Assembly (NCBI GenBank): GCA_001687465.1
Contig: LVLI01000097.1
Span: 62,001 to 124,216, forward strand
Reading direction: 5' to 3'
Source: Halocafeteria seosinensis
Lineage: Eukaryota
Length of the DNA stretch: 62,216 nucleotides
Part shown: positions 23,732 to 36,222 of the stretch, piece after piece
Layout: each line of letters begins with the position of its first letter
How positions within the stretch are numbered: position 1 is the first letter of the stretch
The notes under the pieces: model-generated
What the model saw: the letters and a program-made list of their open reading frames with translations, nothing else
What the model was told of the DNA's origin: nothing
The model's database searches: none
Made by a program: the position numbers and the translations under genes

Positions 23732-26503
23732 TTACCATGCGTCAAAGTCATCCCAATCATCATCCAGGTCCAGCTTTTGCGAATTCGGCTTATTCGGAGC
23801 TTGGGGTGGAGCTCTAGACGACATGGATGAAGATGATACAACTTCCCTCCGTTTGCCGCCGATGGTTGCGGAGGGTCCTTCAGAGTAGGCAAACTCCTCC
23901 GAACTTGTCATTGTGCCTTGAGCATCGAGAAGATCTAAATCCACGTCCTTATCCACACGATTCTCCTCTGGAGACCAGTCCATATCTCGAAAGTCATCGA
24001 ACAAGTCTTCATCCCATCCATCTTTAGTTGAGTCTTTCACAGGCGTCGATGGTGGAGCTACTTCGCTTACATTACGTGAGGGGGCGTCGAACTGCTTTGT
24101 TCCACTAGAAGATAGTGTTCCGTTTTGCCCAATCGGTTTTGGTTCTGTCACAGAACTAGTCTTTGCCGGAGTTTGGGGCAAAGCCCCAATTCTGTTATCT
24201 TTTCCAGCATCTTGTTGTCGCCCGGATGACCACTTGCCAGTGAGCGAAGAGACAGCCCATCCGACAGCGTCCCCTACCTTTTCGGTGCGACCGAAACCGA
24301 ATACGGTGTTGTTTGCCGTAGTAGATGAATTCTCCCCATGCTTTGAGGCAGCGCTGTTTCCGACATGCTTTCCCGCCTCCTCTTTCTTCCGCTGTTCCTC
24401 CAGACGATATAAACGCCGGTGCTCGACTTGAAGAAACTTCAGCGCTTTAGGCAGGAAACTCATAGCAACCTCTCGTACTTGAGAGCTATGGGGGTCTGTG
24501 CAGAGTCTGCTGCAATGGGGTACTATCTGGCTTGACAAGGCTGCCGGAGAGAAGCAATGCGTCGAATACGTAATAGCTTTGATTGCCCCCGCCCGTGTAG
24601 CAGAACTAGGATCCCGCAAGCCGGCCACGAATATTTCCCACGCACCACTTTGGTACTTGCTAACAATAGGTTTTGGTATGCACTTTTTGGATGCATCTCC
24701 GGAATGTGATTGGTCACCCACGGCAAAATCGTCGTAATCCTGGGCAATATAAGGAGGTTCAGGAGGGGGACCTTCCGGGAAGTAGCGAATGATTTGCCCT
24801 AAAGCAACCAGTGTATTGACACGAACGGCTGCAATTGAATCCCGTATGGATTTCTTCAATCCCTTTGACACTAACTCCAATAGTTTATCAGGCTCAAGGT
24901 GTGGAGCTAGTGCTACTGTACTCTTTACTGTTGCCTGCCGCAACGCTTCGGAATTATCATGGAATCCGCCAAGAATGTTTTTGCATACCTCTCCATTCAA
25001 TGTTGATTTGTCAACCATGGAGACGTACGAAGGAAGTTTGTGTAGAAGCTGGAGCCGAGTCGCCCTTTCTGGGCTTCGAAACATGGATACTATACTTGGA
25101 ACAATTTGCTCCTGATATTCCGAAGATGTCAGTTTGCCTCCAATTTCTATCATAGGGGATATTACAACAGCTCCTCCGCCTCGCTCCTGACCCATGTTTA
25201 ACGCCTGCTTCAACGCGGGTAAAATTTTGTGTTTAGCGATGTTGCGGGGCAATTGCGTTCCTTTTACAATGGAGTGCAGCCTCTCAAAAAACTGTTTCTT
25301 TTCATCAGGCTCTTTCAAAGCTAAATTATCAATAAATTGAAGAGCTTCAACAATCTCTTCACCAAAAAATTTCCGCTTTATATCGCTTTCTTCCAAAAAC
25401 GATGCAACACTGATTCGGGTCCGATACCCGGGATCCAGCAACTTCGTCAGTGCTGTCCGCAGAGATTTGGGCATTCCACTGATATAATTTGTATTACCGA
25501 CTTTCATCCGCTGGTTAGAATCATGTTCCATCACTTCCTGAGTTATAGTGTCGACATCTGTCTCAATAATTGGACGTCCACTGTCACCCTTTTCCAACAA
25601 ACCAGACGCCTGGAAAACGTCGATAATCAGTATGCTCAATGCCCAAGCATCCAGAGCTGCAAACCGACAAAAGCAACGGATAGGGATGGGAAAAATTCAG
25701 GTATATGCAGATGTGCTTGTCTGTACGTTACTCCCCCACTTACCATGTGCTTGAGTCGTTAGATTGGTGTCCTGTAAATCTCGCCTGCCCGATCTCTCCG
25801 GTCCCTTGTATGCATCTTCCAAATTCACTCGATTCATAACAGTTTGAAATCCCACCTTGTCATCACGGTGGAACGTTGTATCCAAGTTTCCAATGCACCA
25901 GTCACCTCTCTGGAAGATAGATGGACAGACAGAGAAAGTGAGTAAATACAAGAATACGGTCGTTGGCTGGGACGAACGACTTGACTTGGATCTTACCTCT
26001 GTGACAAAGACAGCGTCTGAGGAGAGACATCCGTGCACCATTCTGCACTCTGTATGTAGCCATTTCAGCGTCTGTGAGACGCAATGCAGTCCCCAGACAA
26101 TCGAGGTTCTCAACTCGTCCCGTGCTTCTGACTGGTTCGAGCTCTGCTGGCACCACGCCCGGACTGGGTAGGCCTTTTCTGTGACGAGAATGAGCTGGTC
26201 CTGCGTGTCTATGGAGTCCAAATACTTGAGAATACCGGGATGTCGTAGCGTTCTCAGGCGTTTAATGCCCATTTGTGCAGCCTGAATGCGCTCCGAAGAC
26301 GCCTCTTTTTTGTTCAATTGCCATATCGTTACGGTTTTGTCGGTCTGTTGAATACTTGCGCTGGGGTGAATGGCCTCTCCATCGCGTATACTGGACCATA
26401 ATGGCCTTGTATGGAAGCATTTTTCAATGCCTTCGGCCGTGTCGCCAGACGTATAGGGGCGATATTGGACGCCATGCGCCCCCGTTACCACCGCATTGCC
26501 CAT
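23732..26503 (-). CDS. SCY1-like pseudokinase with HEAT repeats (SCYL1/SCYL3/CEX1 family), 3 exons
   Basis: KRLRTLRHPGILKYLDS, MVHGCLSSDAVFVTE|RGDWCIG, DAWAL, then HEAT repeats (IVPSIVSMFRSPERATRLQLL, GGFHDNSEALRQATVKS, VRVNTLVALG) and an acidic DGWDED/DDDWDDFDAW tail. Confidence 0.9.
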
Positions 26504-26766
26504 CTCATACACTCCTCAAGATGGTACTTGTACACACTCTCACACATGAGCCCACCAAACCATTCATGACATACGCATGGAAGACGAAAACGTCGCCCTT
26601 ATTTGAGTGAAATATTTGTTTGTTGCCTTCAACGACGTCTTCAAGGCCCGGGATCGGTACAAACGCCTCTATACCGTAATTTCTAGAACATATTGACACG
26701 TTGGGTCATGTGCATCAGATGCGCCTTGGTTTGAACTAGTTATCCCGCCGAAAATCGGAACTCAAA

Positions 26767-27341
26767 ATGGAAGGATGGACGCGTGGGGAGCTCGTAAACA
26801 AGCTGGCCTTGGGCCTGATTGCAGGTACTGTCATACTGGTATGGCTAGCCATCACCCAGAAACGTGATTTCTTTCTACTCGTCGGAACGTTAGGCTGTGT
26901 CTTTGGGAATCTGATGGTACGTTCGCACGGGGCGTCTGGAGGCCTAGAGAACGCTTTATGAGGTGCTCTGATTCATGAACGCAGTTTGTGGCGGTGCTTC
27001 GCCAAGACGCACTAAATCAATACTGGATCGTACTTTTCATATTACTAGCTCTAGTGTCTTTGTACGGCCTCATTGCCCAGTTCAGTAAATTCAGGCGAGA
27101 TGGATTCGTCACTGACAGTGAGGAAGAGGAGGGAGACGAAGATGAAGACGGGATCTCACAGAAAACAGTAGCGGAACAAGCGCAAAAAATTATGGAAGCT
27201 CAACGACGTGTAGAAGCTGAAGGAGGACATGTCGAAGATGTTTCGCAAGTACAGCAACAAACGATACAAGATAAATCCTCCAGTGGTAGCAGCAACACAG
27301 CAAAGAAGGCGTCCAAACGAAGGAACCGAACAAGGACGTAG
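26767..27341 (+). CDS. Small hypothetical membrane protein (about 3 TM helices, charged tail), 2 exons
   Basis: A GTACGT..GCAG intron (about 26917-26984) joins the two track ORFs in frame. Hydrophobic segments followed by DSEEEEGDEDED. Confidence 0.7.
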
Positions 27342-27718
27342 CCTCAGAACTGCTATTACTCTCACTCGAGAGTTACCTGCGTTACGTTTACATTCACTCC
27401 CGCGGATGAATATCCAGAGTGAGTGGATACACGTTGCTTGGCTCCATTTGGCCCCTGGATTTTGAGATAAGGTCCTCTGATGCAACTCCTATTTATCCAC
27501 TGACTCTTGTTGTTTGTGGTAGTTCGTCGATGTCCTCGCAATCTATGGAGATCGGCTTAAGAAGTTGACATTCGGGCCACGCTAAAGCCTCCGATCACCA
27601 CGATTCCAGAAAAAATAATTATATCTGCCTCTTGTGCCTTTCCGGAGAAGCAGATGCCACCGATCCTCCCCACTCATAATAGGAGTCTATGTGTATGCTA
27701 TTCTAGCAGGAATAATGC

Positions 27719-28617
27719 TCACTTCTTCTTCCGCCCTCCCTTCGTATTTTTCTGTCCCTTCGTCTTCTTCTTTCCACTCTTCCTATGAGAGTGACTACCG
27801 TCTTTTTTCTGGAATCCACGCTTTGCACTACCGTAAAACTTTGAAGGCCCATTCCCCTTGGACTCATGCTCATGTGTTCCCTTCCCGGCATTTTCGTCGT
27901 CATCATCATCGCTTCCCTCATCATTTTCCTCCTCTTCATCGTCATCCAGGTTTGTTGTATCTAGTGTTTTCGTCTCTACGACAACTCCCGAGGCACCAAA
28001 GTTCTGCTTCGCAAAATCATCTTCTAATTCTTCGGTAGATTCTGCAATCCATGCAAAACACAGGGTAAACACGAAAGGGGCAAACCGTTTCAACTTTTGA
28101 ATCTTACCAGTAGCATGTCCTCCTTGAATGACCCGAAGCGCCTTGTTTCTATCATTTTCAACACGATCGATTAACTCGTTTAATTTCTTCCGTTTCTGCA
28201 CCACGAACAAAGCGCTTGCTTTGCCTGTCAGTTCAAACATGTAGAGCCAAAAAAGAACATACTTCTGATATCATCTCCTTTTTAGCTTCTCTCTCTTTCC
28301 GTTCCGTCTCTTCCCGCACTCGTTTCTGTCTTTCCTGTTTGCGTTGTCGAAATCCCGTTATGAATTCACGCCGTTCCTCGGGATCGAACGTGACTACATC
28401 ATCTCTTCGTTTTTTGGTCCCGGGTTGACGGCCACCACCTCCTTTCTTCCTGCGCATACAATGTACAAAATATCGCTGACACATGTACATGACCATAATT
28501 AGCCTCATTTACCCTCCTCCACGAGCTTTCCACCGTCTGCGCCAAGGAGCATAACTTCAAGTTGGGGCTATACAAGGGCATTCTCGGCATACGACACACT
28601 TACGATGCAGACGACAT
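27719..28617 (-). CDS. NOL12: Nucleolar protein 12 / RRP17 (Nop25 family), about 4 exons
   Basis: Hallmark VTFDPEERREFITGFRQRKQERQK. Spliced start MSSASRWKARGGGKK at 28617; acidic then Lys-rich C-terminus. Confidence 0.85.
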
Positions 28618-29140
28618 AGTTGAGTAGGGTCCTTTCCTTCCGGAATGGGGAGATTTGAAGCGCCGTATGCAGTGTATGCTGTGAAAAATACCCCGACAGA
28701 CTCCCTGAAAGAGTCGAATTCGGGCGATTTCGTTGCCCACAGAGAGAGAGCTTTTTATTCCAATCCAAAGCTTTCCCTGGAAGAGCTCAGAAATATGCTA
28801 TGGAAAAAACTTGGACAAACCCTGTCGATACAGTGAATATAAGCCATAAAGCACCAGCTCATAGGAGCTCCGAACTTCACAAACCGAGGAAGTTGGCGTA
28901 TATATGTCATTTCCATGTCCATGGCCACTTCCAGTGCCGTCTCGATACGGGATATATCTTTGACATTGCATGAGTCTATGCGTGTGCATTTTGGGCCATT
29001 GTATTGTACATAACGCATCCATCGTTGCGACCCTTGAGCCGCTCCCGAAGACTTGCTTACGCCATTATAAGGTTATATGTCGTGTTGGTTCGACGTTTTT
29101 CCCTTTATAGACCAGCGGAGCGATGTAGTACCATATACCG

Positions 29141-29550
29141 ACACATTGGAAGTAGCAGCAATGCCAGGATCCCGTGATCGGGGAGAAGATGCGTTTCAGC
29201 CGATCTGGTTCTACCGGGGCTATAATGGTTTCCACATGGATTAAGGAGCAGAGAGGCACACAAGCAATGTATCGGATCGGGGGATAATGCGTACTGGAAC
29301 CGCTACATCGACATGAAAAGCAGTACTGCATTCCAAACCCTGATACACCTCACCTACAGTGTGAAGACTCAAAAGACAAGAGGTATTTAATTCCCATCGA
29401 GAAATCAAACGGTAAGTGGTGATTGGCCTCAAGAAAGTGTTGGTGGTGTATTTGCTAGCACCTGTGGAATTGCGAATACCTTTGTACCGCAACGTTTTCC
29501 CAGTCTGGGCGTTCAATGCCTGTCGCTTCCACTACAACTTGTACCGGTAG
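29141..29550 (+). pseudogene. Internally deleted duplicate of the neighbouring oxidosqualene cyclase gene (5' end fused to 3' end)
   Basis: 29290-29317 matches 30403-30430 (28 nt, 1 mismatch; YWNRYIDM). It is followed directly by SSTAFQT and then GDWPQESVGGVFASTCGI / YRNVFPVWAFNACRFHY*, matching the OSC C-terminus at 32730-32978. Confidence 0.88.
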
Positions 29551-30251
29551 TCTACAAGTCCGGGATGGAGCCAATGGAAACGAGTTGACATCCTTTGTCG
29601 AAAAACGGTGAACTTCTTACGATGGTGCAACACTAGGCCTCGAGCGAAACACTGTCCGGAGACACCGGTGTCTTGTAACCTGCAAGTTGTAAGAACGGTA
29701 TCTTACAGCCGCCTCTTGTCATGGTGGTCATTGTGAAACGCTCCGTCGATAGAGCTCATCTCGAAACTAAAACCAATGGCATAATAATGACAGCATATTT
29801 GCTGCTTCTTTCAATTTCCTTCCACGTTTCAATTTTCTCGCTTTCCCTTCCCTCGACCTAACTTCCAGTGTGCTTCGTTCAAAGACGACGAAGATGTGAC
29901 TGATGGCCCACCGGCAGCTGGATGTTAGCCGCTACACTTAGGTAGCAGCTGGCGCCCGTGTCTGGCAGCTATAGGCCCGCTGTTCCACTAGGAGAGAGGC
30001 AGCATAAACGAGTGACTTCAAAGCATTGACGCATACCCGAACTTCAGTATCGTTCAAACCTTCCTCCGGGACCGTCCCGGCCCGGACACGGCATCTCCGG
30101 CCCTTTGTCCGGTTGTTCTGCACTAGTTTTTTATTTCGAAGCGTATAGGCTTGATTCCACGGCGATACTGACCGTTCTACTCCGAGTAGTCGAAAGAGGA
30201 GAGTTTATTTTGTTTGTATTCGCACTTGAACCGGGACTCAATCACGTGGTA

Positions 30252-32978
30252 ATGGCCTCATTGGGAGTGGACATTGTCGTCGACCCCGTGTTTTGGGGCC
30301 TTTTCGGGTGTCTTTTTCTGCTTGTAGCTTCTTGTATAGCGTACTGTGGGCTTCCATCATGGCTCAAGAAGGACAAGAAGAGCCTCGGCTCCGGGGCCAA
30401 CTCGTACTGGAACCGGTACATCGACATGAACCCTCCGAAACACGCTGCAGTCCATCATAAAATGAAGTACAAGTTCAGATATGGCGGGTCGGCCGGCGAA
30501 CCCGGCACACCCGAAAAGCCCGGTCGGGACAAGATCACTGGGTACCCTGTGACTGGTCACCTGGTAGGACGACAGACCTGGATTCCGGTGGGCCCGGACG
30601 AGGAACCTCCGGCGGTCGAAACGGATTTTACGTTTGATCCCTCGGTGAATCCGGTAGGTTGTCAGGCGGCAATCGCGCTGTGTTTTGGAGACACCGTTCT
30701 GCATTATGCTTTCTGGTGGTTGCAGAATTCGGCAGACAAACTTCTTCGAGCTCAGCAGTTGTCGCGATATCGATCCAAAGATGGCCAGTATATCCCGGTC
30801 TCGTCGCCCAAACGAGGAGAACAACCCATTAACAAGGACACTGTCGAAGAAGCTCTGCATGATGTAAGTAGTGCTCTCCAACACCGCGTCTGTAGGTGAT
30901 CACATGGAGATGTTTATCGTCTCAGGCTATTTCATTTTACACAAAATTACAATGCGAAGATGGCCATTGGGCTGGAGATTACGGTGGTCCATTCTTTCTA
31001 CTGCCTGGACTAGTCCTTGCGTGCCATATTTGCGGTTACGATCTTGGTGAAGCTCGTCGTGATGCCATTATTACCTACATGAAGAATCATCAGCAAGAGA
31101 ACGGTGGATGGGGTCTACACATGGAAGGTCCGTCCACTATGTTTGGCTCTGCCTTACACTATTGTGCCCTTCGAGCGCTAGGACTTAGCCGCGATGACCC
31201 AGTCATCGAGAGAGCCCGACAGTGGATCCATGAAAACGGAAGTGCCCTAGCAATACCATCTTGGGGCAAGTTTTGGCTATCCACGTTTGGAGTATACGAT
31301 TGGAAGGGATGCAACAGCATTCCTCCCGAGCTTTGGCTCCTTCCGGAATGGTTTCCTTTCCATCCTTGGAGAATGTGGTGTCACGCTCGAATGGTTTATC
31401 TTCCTATGTCTTTTATTTATGGGGGTCGGTACACAGCCGAAATAGGGTCCTTGCAACGGGAGTTGCGGGAAGAATTATATACAGAACCTTACGAGGAAAT
31501 CGATTGGGATAAAGCTCGAAATAACGTGTGTTTGAAGGATTTGTACTCTCCTCACACGAAGTTGATGGACTTCTTGAATGAAATCCTGAAATATTATGAG
31601 AAGATGCCGCTTCAGTTTCTCCGAAACCGGTAAGTGCCGCTTCGAGCCCTCGCCTGTTTGTAATGAAGTTATGCTTAGCACCTATGTAACGTTCTCTCGC
31701 AGTGCACTGAAATTTTGCTCAGCGTATATGCAACAAGAGGATCTGCAAACGAATTGGGTGGATATTGGTCCTGTCAACAAAGTCATGAATATGCTCAGTA
31801 TCTACTACCAATACGGAAACGACGATACTCGGTTTAAGAAGCATGCTGCACGTCTTTACGATTACTTGTGGGTAGCAGAAGACGGAATGAAAATGCAAGG
31901 CTACAATGGTTCTCAACTATGGGATCTTGGATTTGCTGTCCAAGCAATTACTGCAGGGGGGCCACTCTCCTGCGGGGCTGGTAGCGGAGATACAGCTTCT
32001 TCATTAGACTCGCCGTCCTTCCGAGACCAAGTTAGCAATGCAATGAGACGATCGGCGTCCTATCTAGACTATACTCAAATTAAGAAGAATGAGGAAGATC
32101 ACCAAAAATGGTTCCGAATAATGTCAAAGGGTGGATGGCCTTTCTCGACAAATGATCATGGTTGGCCTATTGCAGACTGCACTGCCGAGGGCCTCAAGGG
32201 AACTTTGCTGTTGGAAAAGTATGGGCTTGCTGGTGAACATAGGATCCCTCAAGAACGGCTGGAACAAAGTGTCGACTTAATGCTCCATTTCCAGAATGAT
32301 GATGGTGGTTGGGCTACGTATGAGCAAAACCGAGGGTGGGATTGGTTTGAGTGGCTGAACCCCGCTGAAGTATTTGGTGATATAATGATTGACTACACCT
32401 ATGTGGAGCTAACATCTGCCTGCGTAACGGCGTTAAACATGTTCCGAACACGTAGCCCTCACTATCGTCGCAGGGAGGTAGATGAAGCAATTCAGCAAGG
32501 CATTGATTTTGTCAAGGCCCAACAAAGGGAAGACGGTGGATTTTATGGTAGCTGGGGTGTGTGCTTTACGTATGCGTGTTGGTTTGGTGTCGAATCTCTC
32601 ATTGTTGATGGATCCGAAAAAAATCGTGAGAATCTTCGAAAAGTATGTGAATTTCTGCTGTCGAAACAGAATCCTGACGGAGGATGGGGTGAGAGCTACA
32701 TAAGCTGTGTGCGCAAAGAATACACGAGTAAGAGTAGCACAGCATTTCAAACCTCCTGGGCTCTTTTGGCGTTGATCGATGCGCAATGCGAGGACAAAGA
32801 TGCCGTCTCCAAGGGCGTGCAATTTCTTCTGTCTAGCCAGACTCAGACTGGTGATTGGCCACAGGAAAGTGTAGCGGGTGTATTTAATCGCACCTGCGGT
32901 ATTACCTACACCGCCTATCGCAACATCTTTCCGATTTGGGCTCTCAATGCCTACCGGTTTCACTATCATTTTGTCTAA
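30252..32978 (+). CDS. CAS1: Oxidosqualene cyclase with cycloartenol synthase signature residues, 4 exons
   Basis: GRQTW, LQCEDGHWAGDYGGP, MWCHARMVYLPM, MQGYNGSQLWD, DHGWPIADCTAEG and QW repeats. Introns 30654-30726, 30864-30925, 31630-31702. Confidence 0.95.
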
Positions 32979-33179
32979 ATGCTTCCACGGTCACTTCAAT
33001 ATACCTTCTTTCCTTCACAACTTCTATATACTTACCTGTTGAATGTGCCCGGAACATCGAAGTCAGTTCAAGAGACAATAAATACTGTCTCCTTCCTGCT
33101 GTCTGCCAAAAGGGTCAATCGCTACATATAACGAAAGCCAATTTATACATATTCCCGCCACGCCGCATTCGGAACCGCA

Positions 33180-33780
33180 ATCTAAGTTGACATGGGGACA
33201 GTTATTAGAAGAAGGGCTACAAGACGAAGAAGTTTTCGCTCAGGTTCGGAAATTCTTGAACTCTAGCTGCTGTGTCCCAAGACCGAAGCAGTACAAATTA
33301 TATAGTGTGCTATACAACGCAGCACATTGTGCTCACTAACTTCTACATGTATGTGTCCTTTTCTTCATTCGCTTCCTGGATCTCTCGCCTTTTCTAGAGT
33401 AGAGTACGCAACGTTGAGTTTTACTGTAAGATTCCTCTTTCCTACAAACCGCAGCTCAATGCGGTGGAGTGTGTCGGCAGAGTCAGTGAAAGAAGCACTT
33501 TCCCATATGACAGTCGACACAGCCTCTGGGCTTCGGAAATACCCGTCAAGGACCCCGTTCCTTTATACGTCAACGAGGAATATTTCCGATATCCGGTTGC
33601 AGAAACTTCCAACCTCCGGATAGAGTACGAATAAAAGGCTTAATAGTTTGTCTACCTTTCCTCTGGCCAAAACGTTCTGCCGAACGGACTAGCACTGGAA
33701 GATGTAATTAAGATGGGTAGAAGCTTGTAGAATCGTATTTGGAGAAGATATCGGGAGGGACAAAAAGAAGAAATGTAAAA
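33180..33780 (+). pseudogene. Heavily deleted third copy of the ankyrin-repeat gene family
   Basis: ctaagttgacatggg..gaagaagttttcgct and cttcctggatctctcgcc..agagtacgcaacgttgag match 39803-40100 (exon 1 of copy B). A last-exon-like remnant (gggtagaagcttgtagaatcgtatttggagaag) lies near 33715-33750. Confidence 0.75.
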
Positions 33781-34395
33781 CGCAGCCGACAATTGGACAA
33801 ACTTTGTCAGATATAGACGCGCGCGATCCAATTTGCACACGAACTACTAATCACCGTACTAAGGTCAGTGAAGGTATGTACAGTAGAAGCACCCAGTTCG
33901 ATAATATAATAACGAACTAGTACATTCTTTGAGTGTAGCATTTAGCACAAAGAGTACTTACTTAGAACTACCACATCGGTATACCAGATCTCGGATTGTT
34001 ATATGACTTCGAAGGTGTGTGTCCTCCAGAAAAATTAACACTGACTGTGGTCCGGGAGTGCTCTGTTACAATGCTATTCGTTGGTCTTCTACAAAAGACT
34101 ACACTAGTTGTTACGCACTTTGAACTTGGAAAATTTCGATTCGAAGCAAATTTTAACTTTACAGTTGTAGTCAGGAAGTTCAACGTCCGGACAAGTTTGC
34201 AGTTTTTGTGGTGAAACTATCTATTTACACTAAAGACTTCTTCGGCTACGTTTGTAGAACCCGAATTACCGAAACAGCTTAAGCTTTCCTGTCTAAGACT
34301 GTTAAAATTTGGCGTAACGAGAGAACTGATGCAGACTGGTCACCGCATGAGCGCAAGGGAGTTGACTTTACAATTAACTTCGCGGGCGTTAAACA

Positions 34396-36068
34396 ATGGA
34401 GAGATGTCCCATAAACCTGTCCCGGTACCGTCAACAGCGCAAACAGCGCCGAGCACTCTATAATGTCTATATGAAATGGGTTGAGCCACAGCTGAGGAAG
34501 ATAATGAACCGTGCTTTTAAGGACGAGACGGTACGACAGCAGTTCGAAGAGTCGGTCGTTTCGATAAGCAACACCACGCATAACAAATCTAGTTGTGAAT
34601 TGACAGTATCCACAAGTAACCCAAGGTCAGATGAGCTACTGTTGAGCAGGCTCTTGGTCCCTTTCCTTCGTTCGCTTCCAGGGGCACTCAAATTCCTCAA
34701 AGTCAACGAAATCCGCCTTTTCCATTCGCTAAAACATTGGAATCCAGGAGCAACCGTATTACATATCGCTGCTTTAGCGCCGCTCGGTGGTAAGTGCAAC
34801 AAACGTTACTCACCTGCTTGGAAACCAAGAGAGGACAGCAGTAGCAGTGGCGGAGAGAGTGATCTTGGTAGCGACGACGACGATTATCCTGGTCCGGATA
34901 AAGAAGGAGAGGATAGGCTTGTCACCCGGCTTCGACTTTTGGTGAAGAGATTCGAAGTGCCGCTTGACATGGAAGATACAGTAGGTTGGTATCCCCAAAT
35001 TCGAATATGACCTCGATTGTCCGGCTTATGCGTGCTGCAGGAAGGTGACACACCCTTGCACTATGCAAGTAGGAGCGGGCGAGCAATCGCAGCCGAGGCA
35101 CTTGCGGAACATGCAGTATCGTTTGGGACTTCCCTCGACCTTGCTAACAATGTTCGTTTCTTCTGTGAATGAGTAGTTGCTGACGAGCAATATTGCAAAT
35201 GTCCGACATACTAAGTCTACGCGGAGTGACCGGAGTGACCGCTGACTGCAGAAGGGGAAGACAGCACTACATCTGGCTGTATCGCACAGGAAAGTTGATG
35301 TGACTTCTATTCTACTCGAGCAAGGGGCTAATGTGGATGCAGTAGACAACGTGAGTGAATCTCCACTAGTTTGCTGTATAGAATGACTTTCTTCGTTAAC
35401 AAGTCACTGATTTTCCGTGTCAGAAAGGTAGAACTCCACTGCATGAAGCGGTAAGAGTTGGCTGCGTAGCAATTGTACGTTGTCTACGGGACGCTGGGGC
35501 TCGAGATATACCGGACAAGGTGAAAACATTCATTCAACTTATCCATTTGTGTATTCTTTTGCAAAGCGAGTTTTCCGTCCTCTTCAACTTGCCACATACA
35601 GAACGGAATGATCCCACTCCACTGCGCGGCGAAGCACGGAAGCTCCACGCTCCTAAGGCGCTTGCTTGACACGGATACTATCAACTCGGAAATAAACTAT
35701 CAGGACCATGTATGTTGGCTGCATCGTTGGTATCAGTTTATTTTGTATAGAGTTTGTTCCGTCTTCCTGGTACTGGTTTGTTGCGTCACAGTGGGGAAGG
35801 ACTCCTCTTCATTTCCTGTGCAAGCGTGGAATGCTTCCGCTGGTCGAATTCTGCCACGACAGGGGAGGAAATGTATTTATTGCAGATAAAGTAAGCAGCA
35901 TAGTGTTTGCTTCGAATGTTTCTGAAATAAGGTATTAACTTGAAAATTCTACAGAGCGGCAGAACTCCGATGGATGCCGCGAAGATGGGTGTGTACGGAA
36001 AAAGCCTCGTGGAAGCCTTCTTGGAAAGACAGGCACACCACTGCAAATGCAGCTCCCATTCGCCATAA
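34396..36068 (+). CDS. Ankyrin-repeat protein, copy A (7 exons, one ankyrin repeat per internal exon)
   Basis: Exons 34396-34980, 35041-35151, 35252-35350, 35424-35519, 35602-35709, 35792-35890, 35955-36068. All introns GT-AG and phase 0. Exons 2-7 begin xG(D/K/R/M)TPLH-like. Confidence 0.88.
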
Positions 36069-36222
36069 ATCAAGCCGCATAGAATCAAGCAATAACGTGA
36101 GCGAGTAACTTGCATCGTCGAGGAACAAACCTTTAACATGCGGGAGAACCATACTCTTTCGACACCCCGGAAGGGCGAGGGGGCTACAATTTCTTTTAGT
36201 CCACAAATCGCAAGAACAGAAT

